From the IMG/VR virus record IMGVR_UViG_3300038443_000660, positions 130,082 through 194,081 of that record: a DNA stretch of 64,000 bases. One strand, written 5' to 3'. The notes below the pieces were generated by a model that saw nothing but the letters and a program-made list of their open reading frames with translations, was not told the DNA's origin and did no database searches. Both the position numbers and the translations under genes were made by a program. Origin of the DNA: a virus (Duplodnaviria; Heunggongvirae; Uroviricota; Caudoviricetes). Numbering within the stretch: position 1 is the stretch's first letter; each line of letters starts with the position of its first letter. Of this stretch, positions 53,472 to 60,639 are shown in pieces.

Positions 53472-54896
53472 TTGCAATTAACAGAAATTATTATCAAAAA
53501 TCTTATGGAAAACGATGACTATATGCGACGAGTCATGCCTTTCCTTAAATCCGAATACTTTACAGGTTCTGAAAAAGTTATATTTGACCATATCAAGAAA
53601 TATACTGATACTTACAACAATATGCCTACAATTGAGGCATTAATGATTGAAATGTCTGACGACAATACAATTGTTGAAGACACATTTGAAGATATTGACA
53701 AATCTATATCAAACATCAAAGAAACAGCAAAATCTATTGATTTACCATGGCTTATCACGACAACTGAAAAGTTCTGTAAGGACAGGGCATTAGAAATTGC
53801 ACTTCAAGAATCAATCATGATTTTTGAAGGGAAATCCAAAAAGCACGGCAAAGGTGCTATTCCTGATATCCTGTCAAAAGCTTTGGCAATCGGTTTTGAC
53901 ACAACTGTTGGTCATGATTACTTCGAAAATTCAGATGAACGATACGAGTATTATCATCGAAAAGAAGAAAAGATTGCGACCGGTATTGAGTTTCTTGACA
54001 AAGTTACTAAAGGCGGATTTTCCAAGAAGACCTTGAACCTATTCATTGCCGGTACAAATGCTGGTAAATCTTTGATGATGGTGAATATTGCGGCCAATAT
54101 GTTGAAAGCCGGTAATAACGTTTTGTATATCACTGGTGAGATGGCAGAAGAAGAAATTGCCAAGCGTGTTGATGCTAACATGCTCGATATCGAAATAAAA
54201 GATTTGCCGATTATTGCCGAATCTATGTTCACAAAGAGAATTGAAAATCTAAAGAACAAGACAAGGGGCAAGCTGATTATCAAGGAATATCCTACGTCAT
54301 CGGCTTCCATTAATCATTTTCGAGCATTACTAAACGAATTATTGCTAAAAAAGCATTTTGTTCCTGATGTTATATTCGTTGATTATCTGAACATCTTTAT
54401 TTCTACGAGGTTTAAAGATGGAAATGTTTCAAATACTAACACGTATTACAAAGCGATTTCAGAAGAATTACGTGGGCTTGGTGTTGAAATGAACATTCCG
54501 ATTGTATCGGCGTCACAGTTAAATCGCAGTGGATTTCAGGATTCAAATCCGGGAATGGAATCAACATCAGAAGCATTTGGTATTAATTTCGTTGCAGATT
54601 TTGTTGCCGCAATGGTTTATTCAGAAGAATTAGCGCAACAAAACCGGTTGTTAATCAAGCAATTAAAGTCAAGATATGATAATAAAACATTATATCCTAT
54701 GTTCTTTGTCGGTGTGGATATGAAGAAAATGAGATATTTCGACCTTACTGACCCTCTCGATGGTATCCATAACATTGGTGCAGCGGTGCAACCACCGCCT
54801 ATTGGAAAACATGGTGGTTTGCAAAATAAATCTAGTTTACCCCTACCATCCACACAAACAAATACTGGCACAGCACAAGTAACATTTAATTCTTAA
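53472..54896 (+). CDS. gp41: replicative helicase
   Basis: AGTNAGKS, ITGEM, IFVDYLN, SQLNRSG, LKSRY. Confidence 0.93.
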   Translation: MQLTEIIIKNLMENDDYMRRVMPFLKSEYFTGSEKVIFDHIKKYTDTYNNMPTIEALMIEMSDDNTIVEDTFEDIDKSISNIKETAKSIDLPWLITTTEKFCKDRALEIALQESIMIFEGKSKKHGKGAIPDILSKALAIGFDTTVGHDYFENSDERYEYYHRKEEKIATGIEFLDKVTKGGFSKKTLNLFIAGTNAGKSLMMVNIAANMLKAGNNVLYITGEMAEEEIAKRVDANMLDIEIKDLPIIAESMFTKRIENLKNKTRGKLIIKEYPTSSASINHFRALLNELLLKKHFVPDVIFVDYLNIFISTRFKDGNVSNTNTYYKAISEELRGLGVEMNIPIVSASQLNRSGFQDSNPGMESTSEAFGINFVADFVAAMVYSEELAQQNRLLIKQLKSRYDNKTLYPMFFVGVDMKKMRYFDLTDPLDGIHNIGAAVQPPPIGKHGGLQNKSSLPLPSTQTNTGTAQVTFNS

Positions 54897-54908
54897 AGAG
54901 AAATATAC

Positions 54909-55097
54909 ATGGTTTCAACTACTTTATTCAAAGATGATTATTCCAAGGATGGAATATATGTTCATGACTTTATTCATTCTTTATCTCAACGCTCTATTGA
55001 TTACGAATTGATTAGATTCAAAGGCAAATACAAGAAATCCACACCAGAGCATTTAAACTATTCAGCAATCGTATATTGGGGCGACATCAATGTATAA
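54909..55097 (+). CDS. hypothetical protein
   Basis: 62-aa ORF in operon. Confidence 0.45.
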   Translation: MVSTTLFKDDYSKDGIYVHDFIHSLSQRSIDYELIRFKGKYKKSTPEHLNYSAIVYWGDINV

Positions 55098-55296
55098 AAT
55101 TAACAAAAATCACGACACGGAAAAATTTCAAGTCATCGAAGTCGAATCATCCAATGTAATCAACGAATTCGATACTCATGCGCAAGCATATGAATTGTAT
55201 TATAAGTTAAAGACAGATGTGCATATCGGTTTCGAAGGTTGGACCCCGGCATTCATGACAGTTTCGGTAGCAGACAAAACGGGTGCTGAATATTGA
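55090..55296 (+). CDS. conserved small hypothetical protein
   Basis: F.V.E......I..F...GFEGWTP.F. Confidence 0.6.
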   Translation: MYKINKNHDTEKFQVIEVESSNVINEFDTHAQAYELYYKLKTDVHIGFEGWTPAFMTVSVADKTGAEY

Positions 55297-55892
55297 TTTC
55301 CGTTACCGATCTATGTTCTGACCCTCCATTAGCCAATGACGAAAAAGCAGCAATGATATGCTTTACCAGAATGTTTTTGGAAACGGTTTTGAAGGATGAA
55401 CACAAGTATGTAAAGATTAATATATATTTGAAAGATTTGTCTGATGCACTATTCAAACACATTACAGGTTCGATAGAATATGTTGGTCAAAATGTATTCA
55501 ACATCGTGATATATTCGCAAGCACGAAAAGATATGGTTGGTGCGCTGGCACACGAACTCATACATGTGAAACAATACTTAGAAGGTGGTTTCTTTATTCA
55601 TCGTGAAAAAAATTCGGTATATTGGCAAGGCCAATTCTACATGCAATTGTCTGACCTTATACTATTTCATAAAAACACGGATAGAGGAAGATACGACAAT
55701 CTGCCATGGGAAAGAGAAGCTAATACGATGCTTCTGGCGGTTTCCGAACTGGTCAATCAAAAATTTTTGAAGTTGTGTGATGACGATCCCGGTTTGAAAA
55801 AATATATGAAATATGCGCAAAAATGCTCGTCCTACAATCTTGACATATCCTATGAATTCTATGATAATGAGATTGGTGATGAAGGGTGTTGA
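55293..55892 (+). CDS. HExxH zinc-metallopeptidase-like protein (third paralog)
   Basis: LAHELIHVKQY..G ... LPWEREA. Confidence 0.7.
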   Translation: MISVTDLCSDPPLANDEKAAMICFTRMFLETVLKDEHKYVKINIYLKDLSDALFKHITGSIEYVGQNVFNIVIYSQARKDMVGALAHELIHVKQYLEGGFFIHREKNSVYWQGQFYMQLSDLILFHKNTDRGRYDNLPWEREANTMLLAVSELVNQKFLKLCDDDPGLKKYMKYAQKCSSYNLDISYEFYDNEIGDEGC

Positions 55893-56434
55893 TTATGTAT
55901 GAAAGTTTTTATGATATTCCGCAGTATACCAAAAGTTCACGTTATGAATGTGATGTGGCTTGGCAGTATCTTGAAAATCAGTTAAACACGTTTCAGGAAA
56001 GCTATGATGGTGGCCTTGAATTGTGTCCTGATTTTCAACGTGGCCATGTGTGGACAGATAACCAGCAAATCGCTTACATTGAATTTAATTTGCGAGGCGG
56101 AACTTCTGGTCGTGACATTTATTTCAATGCTACTGATTTTGATGGTTTCACAAGTTCTATTCAGTTAGTGGACGGGCTACAGCGGTTAACCGCTGTTCGT
56201 AAATTTTTGGCGAATGAAATCCCGGCTTTCGGGCAGTTGCGGAATGAATATAAAGGTCGCCTCGATCCGGTTCGTTTCCGGTTTCGGGTACATGTGAATG
56301 ATTTGCCGACAAGGGCCGATGTTCTTAAATGGTATCTGGAAATGAATTCTGGTGGCACTCCGCATTCCGAAGATGAATTAAATCGGGTGTCTATGCTTTG
56401 GATGAACGAAGTAAGGAAGCTTAATGGGAATTAA
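55886..56434 (+). CDS. DUF262 (ParB/GmrS-like) domain protein
   Basis: PDFQRGHVW, VDGLQRLTA. Confidence 0.8.
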   Translation: MLIMYESFYDIPQYTKSSRYECDVAWQYLENQLNTFQESYDGGLELCPDFQRGHVWTDNQQIAYIEFNLRGGTSGRDIYFNATDFDGFTSSIQLVDGLQRLTAVRKFLANEIPAFGQLRNEYKGRLDPVRFRFRVHVNDLPTRADVLKWYLEMNSGGTPHSEDELNRVSMLWMNEVRKLNGN

Positions 56435-57374
56435 ACATATAGATGAACTAATCTTTGAACCAGAAAAACTGCGAGTCGTTATTGACGGAATAGTGGGGAA
56501 GAAATTCCCCACTTATCTTAAATGGGACGGCAATCCATCTTTTGTGACTGGCGTTGACGAAAATGGTTTCTTTTTGGCGTTCAAGAATGGCTATCATCGA
56601 AAAGAAAAGAAACTATTTCGAACCGAAGCGCAATTAAAACAAGAGATTATCGACCAAAATTTGCGCCATAAAATGGTTCTTCTGTTCTTGTCATTTTCGA
56701 ATTTTTATGAAAAAACAAAAGAATCACGAACGCTAGGTGGAGATTTAATTTTTACGTGTTTTGATGATTTATACGCTACCCCGAACACCATCCGATATAC
56801 GTTGAATGTCGATGCATGGGACACATGGGACAAACTTGTTGGCGTAGCTATCCATACAGTTGATGGACATATATCCGATTTCGTATCAGATTATCCTAAC
56901 ATCGAATGGATACCAACTAGACCTGATATCGAATATGCGTGTCTGTCAGACTTTTCTATATTAGATGTTCCTAATTCTTCAAAATCAGAACAAACGAAGT
57001 TTTTTAAATGGGTAAACACCAATCTTAGAGAATTTCAAAAATTAAAAAACTACGACAATCTTTGTATGTACAATCGTTCATTCAGTAATCAATCTCATTA
57101 TAGAAACGTTATCGATTTTCTAGAGGAATTGTGGGGATGGAAGCAATATCTATTGGATTCGCTCAATGTGCGATATTTTGATGTTATTCCCTACTATAAT
57201 CAAAAACATGAAGGATTGGTTATTGACACGCCTTACGGCTTGTATAAGATTGTGGATAGACGAATGTTTTCGTCTTTAAATTTCATAAACCATAAGAAAA
57301 CACTAAGGAATGAAGCATGGAATCGCTTAACTACTCCGTTGAAGAAAATCGCAAACGAGTTGTTGAATATCTAA
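56424..57374 (+). CDS. ligase-fold nucleotidyltransferase-like protein (DUF6267-like)
   Basis: LKWDG.P, GGDLIF, AIHT, HEGLVI, YKIVDR..FS..NF. Confidence 0.7.
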   Translation: MGIKHIDELIFEPEKLRVVIDGIVGKKFPTYLKWDGNPSFVTGVDENGFFLAFKNGYHRKEKKLFRTEAQLKQEIIDQNLRHKMVLLFLSFSNFYEKTKESRTLGGDLIFTCFDDLYATPNTIRYTLNVDAWDTWDKLVGVAIHTVDGHISDFVSDYPNIEWIPTRPDIEYACLSDFSILDVPNSSKSEQTKFFKWVNTNLREFQKLKNYDNLCMYNRSFSNQSHYRNVIDFLEELWGWKQYLLDSLNVRYFDVIPYYNQKHEGLVIDTPYGLYKIVDRRMFSSLNFINHKKTLRNEAWNRLTTPLKKIANELLNI

Positions 57375-57640
57375 GGGAACCAAATCTAAAGCAGACAAGT
57401 GGTGTAATGCGTGACAGTACCGGAGCCTGTTGTGCTTTTGGCCATATCTGTGATGCATTGGATATTCCGTATACGATAAAAGAAAACGGAGAATTTCTTT
57501 ATATCGATTCTGGATTTCAGACACTTAGACTTTTGAATATTGATAGTGATTACATGTATCACATCATGGGTATGAATGATTATTCTAACATGTCTTTGTC
57601 GGAAATTGCCGATATGCTTGAATTGGATTGGTCGAAATAA
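57317..57640 (+). CDS. hypothetical protein
   Basis: CCAFGHICD; ND....SLSEIAD.LE. Confidence 0.55.
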   Translation: MESLNYSVEENRKRVVEYLREPNLKQTSGVMRDSTGACCAFGHICDALDIPYTIKENGEFLYIDSGFQTLRLLNIDSDYMYHIMGMNDYSNMSLSEIADMLELDWSK

Positions 57641-58380
57641 TGGGCGGAAAAGTCTTTTCCAATTCAGTTCCAATAGAAGGTGAAAAAGCAATAGCTTTGA
57701 CACAAGACGTTATTCATCTGTTTCCTGTAGGAGTAGATTATACATTAATTGGTTCATCCGCCTATCTTGAAATTAAATCAACATACAATGATTTGGATTT
57801 TGCAATTGTAGCAAATGATTCTGAATGGTCTTTTCTTAAAGAAACCTTAGAACATAAGGGTATTCATTATAAAAACCTCAATAAAAATTGCATATCCATT
57901 GCAATGCCGAGAACATCAGATACTGTTTATCAGGTAGACGTAATGCGCTCTAAAGATATTTTGTTTACCAGACATGCATATTTTTCCGACCCGACATCAA
58001 AATATAAAGGCGCTCATCGTAATATACTTCTGAATTCCATTATAAATGTACTAACCACAGAAATACACGGTAATATTAGAATGAAATATTACATGGATAT
58101 GTATCAAGGATTGTCTTTTTTGGTGCAGACAAAAACCGAAAACTCACAGAGATATAAAACGATAAAATCTCTTTGTGTTTGCAATCCAAAACTTGGATAT
58201 ACCGAATCGGTCAGAACTATCATTCCAAATATTACCAGTTTAGACTTAACGTCATTTGAATACTTGTTTGGGTTTGTTGCCGAACATTTACCTTATAGCA
58301 ATCATGTATTTGCCGAATGTAAAAAAATCATTGAAACAACTGATTTGATTATGCCGGAAGAATTACAGGAATTAGTATGA
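57640..58380 (+). CDS. Pol-beta superfamily nucleotidyltransferase-like protein
   Basis: MGGKVF, LIGS.......NDLDFAI, QVD.M, KGAHRN.LL. Confidence 0.7.
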   Translation: MGGKVFSNSVPIEGEKAIALTQDVIHLFPVGVDYTLIGSSAYLEIKSTYNDLDFAIVANDSEWSFLKETLEHKGIHYKNLNKNCISIAMPRTSDTVYQVDVMRSKDILFTRHAYFSDPTSKYKGAHRNILLNSIINVLTTEIHGNIRMKYYMDMYQGLSFLVQTKTENSQRYKTIKSLCVCNPKLGYTESVRTIIPNITSLDLTSFEYLFGFVAEHLPYSNHVFAECKKIIETTDLIMPEELQELV

Positions 58381-58865
58381 AACATTTAGTGTTTACATGG
58401 GGAAAATTCGAAATCCCGCATGTCGGTCATATGCGCATAATTAACGCTATGTTTGCCTACGATTATGATAGGATTGTGTTTTGCTCTCCGTCTAAAACTC
58501 AATTCATTTCAAATTCGTGCAAATCGGAAATATTGAAAGAATGCTTCCATTGCCCTGTTATAGTTAAACAAAAATTTTCAGATGTTGTAAAATATATAGC
58601 TGAACAAGAATATGCAGATGCAACGATGGTCATTGGTCAAGACAGATTTGATGATTTCTCTCGTATGCTTCATACATTTTCTGCCGAATACAAGCATAAA
58701 ACGAAATTCCATGTTCATTGCCTTGATAGAACTATTTTTGATATGTCATCTACAGAAATGAGAAATTTTATTGATACGGGCAATGAGGTTGATTTTTATA
58801 CCAATTTACCAGAAAATATTACACTCAAATCGGCCCGAAAATTAATCACTTCTTTGGAAACATAA
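58377..58865 (+). CDS. HIGH-motif cytidylyltransferase-like protein
   Basis: FTWGKF..PH.GH, V.GQDR...F..ML, MSSTEMR. Confidence 0.78.
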   Translation: MKHLVFTWGKFEIPHVGHMRIINAMFAYDYDRIVFCSPSKTQFISNSCKSEILKECFHCPVIVKQKFSDVVKYIAEQEYADATMVIGQDRFDDFSRMLHTFSAEYKHKTKFHVHCLDRTIFDMSSTEMRNFIDTGNEVDFYTNLPENITLKSARKLITSLET

Positions 58866-58901
58866 ATAGAGAGAACAGCATAAAAATAAGAAAGTTCTCT
58901 T

Positions 58902-59393
58902 TTGTTCTCTTTCAAGCATTTTGTTAAAAATTATAATAAAAAATTCATTGCCCTAGAGGTTGACGATAAGTCTCAAATCAAATTGAGACGATGGTGTAAT
59001 GATAACAATTTGAATATTTCAAAGAATTACGCCCAAGAAACCATTGACCCCAAGAATTTCAATTTTCATATCACTTTATTCTATTCAAATAATAAAAAAT
59101 ATGTTCAAAATGGTGCGTTTAATATAGAACCTATCAAATTGACATTCTCTGGCATAGAGTTGCTTGGGTCAGAAAAAAACATTCCTACAATGCTCGTCAA
59201 CAAAACCGATGAATTGAAAAATCTTAGAAAGGTGTATGAAGCTGCCGGGTTAAAAGACGACTGGCCGGATTGGAAACCGCATTTAACCATATCGTATTCT
59301 TGGGCTGGAAAACCTGAAATTAAAACTATTGACCTGCCTGATTTTGATGTTATAGTAAATCGTATAATAGTGAAGAATCAAAAAGGTTCGTAA
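58902..59393 (+). CDS. 2H phosphoesterase, T4 gp57B/Acb1-like
   Basis: Two HxT motifs: FHITLFYS and PHLTISY. Confidence 0.8.
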   Translation: MFSFKHFVKNYNKKFIALEVDDKSQIKLRRWCNDNNLNISKNYAQETIDPKNFNFHITLFYSNNKKYVQNGAFNIEPIKLTFSGIELLGSEKNIPTMLVNKTDELKNLRKVYEAAGLKDDWPDWKPHLTISYSWAGKPEIKTIDLPDFDVIVNRIIVKNQKGS

Positions 59394-60482
59394 ATGTCGA
59401 GTTTCAAAAATTATCTTTCCGAGTCCAAAGGCAGTTCCTATAATTGGAATGACTATCGCTCCATCGCCCAATTCACTTTGGATGAAAAAGAAAAGGCTCG
59501 ATATATTAAGGCCATTGATGCCTTCGAAAAGGGTATCGAGAATAAGCATATTTGGAACGCTGATTTCAAGGATTTGTATTCCTATGATTTCTCCCGTAAT
59601 TATGAACGGATAATCGACAAATTGAAAAATGACGTGTACTTCTCCATGTCCGAAGAAGACAAGCAGAAATACAACGATGTTTACTGGATTAACACGACTC
59701 CGGTTGGAATCAAGAAGTCCTTCAAAGAAGTGACTCCACACAAGAATGTTTTCCCGGCGCTCTATGATGCACTGGAAAAGATGCAAACCTTTCCAGATAT
59801 GTTGAAAGAACTTAAGGGATATATCGAAAAGGGACGTAAGGTTTCCGATGAAAAGAAGGAAGCCAAGGTAGCGTTTCAGGCTATTGTTACCGGTTCGCAG
59901 GCACAGCGAATCAAGGACGTTCTCCAAAAATCGGTTGATGAACTTCGTCCACAATATGAACAGATGTTCATTAAACAGGATTTGGATAGGGTGCAAAAAG
60001 CCTATGCCCAAAAGGATGCAATCATTGAAAAAGAGAAGCTAACTACCGCAAAATATCGGTGGAAAAATTATCTTTCTCGTCCAGTTCCCATTTTGGGACA
60101 TATTATCAATCAGAATGGTGAACTACGAGACGATTGGAAGGATTATGTAATTAAGCAAGCGAAAGAAGATGTTAAGTTTATCTTGGAAGGATTTGTAGCC
60201 AAGAATGTCAAGAAGCTGGCTACGATTGTCGATAAGAAGCGTAATCTTGCTGATATCAAGTTGGTCAAGAATAATATCAACCAAGGAAATTTGGATAACG
60301 AACTTTCGTTCACGTTCACTGATGGAGCAAAATTTATCGTCTATTCCAAAACGATCTACAAATATTCCAGCCGTGGGTTGCTATTCACGCAATATCCGAC
60401 TCGTTTCACGAACGTGATTATGTCGAATGGGCAGCGCATGGCAGAGCCTTCCGAAGAAAGAATGAACAAGGTGTTTCATTAA
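59394..60482 (+). CDS. hypothetical protein, putative internal head protein
   Basis: 362 aa; N-terminus MSSFKNYLSE. Confidence 0.7.
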   Translation: MSSFKNYLSESKGSSYNWNDYRSIAQFTLDEKEKARYIKAIDAFEKGIENKHIWNADFKDLYSYDFSRNYERIIDKLKNDVYFSMSEEDKQKYNDVYWINTTPVGIKKSFKEVTPHKNVFPALYDALEKMQTFPDMLKELKGYIEKGRKVSDEKKEAKVAFQAIVTGSQAQRIKDVLQKSVDELRPQYEQMFIKQDLDRVQKAYAQKDAIIEKEKLTTAKYRWKNYLSRPVPILGHIINQNGELRDDWKDYVIKQAKEDVKFILEGFVAKNVKKLATIVDKKRNLADIKLVKNNINQGNLDNELSFTFTDGAKFIVYSKTIYKYSSRGLLFTQYPTRFTNVIMSNGQRMAEPSEERMNKVFH

Positions 60483-60485
60483 GGG

Positions 60486-60514
60486 TTGACAGGGAGAATC
60501 GATTCAAATATAGA
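60486..60514 (+). promoter_or_regulatory. sigma70-type promoter
   Basis: TTGACA-N17-TATAGA. Confidence 0.65.
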
Positions 60515-60520
60515 GTAGTA

Positions 60521-60627
60521 GTCCTTACACACGCCCCCACCCCCCCTCACTGTGTGTAGGGATATTGAGTGTTCAGTGTTGGCTTCCCTATCCCCTTCCT
60601 TAGAAGCTGATGCTGAACACTCTTTTT
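60521..60627 (+). ncRNA. predicted small RNA with two C-rich-loop hairpins
   Basis: 11-bp stem 60522-32/60552-62; 20-bp stem 60567-86/60603-22 with 4 G-U pairs; U-tract 60623-27; promoter immediately upstream. Confidence 0.65.
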
Positions 60628-60639
60628 AATTTTAAGCAC

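Noticed and set aside
59283-60011. 242-aa antisense ORF
   Set aside because: It overlaps two well-supported plus-strand genes; hydrophobic shadow-frame composition.
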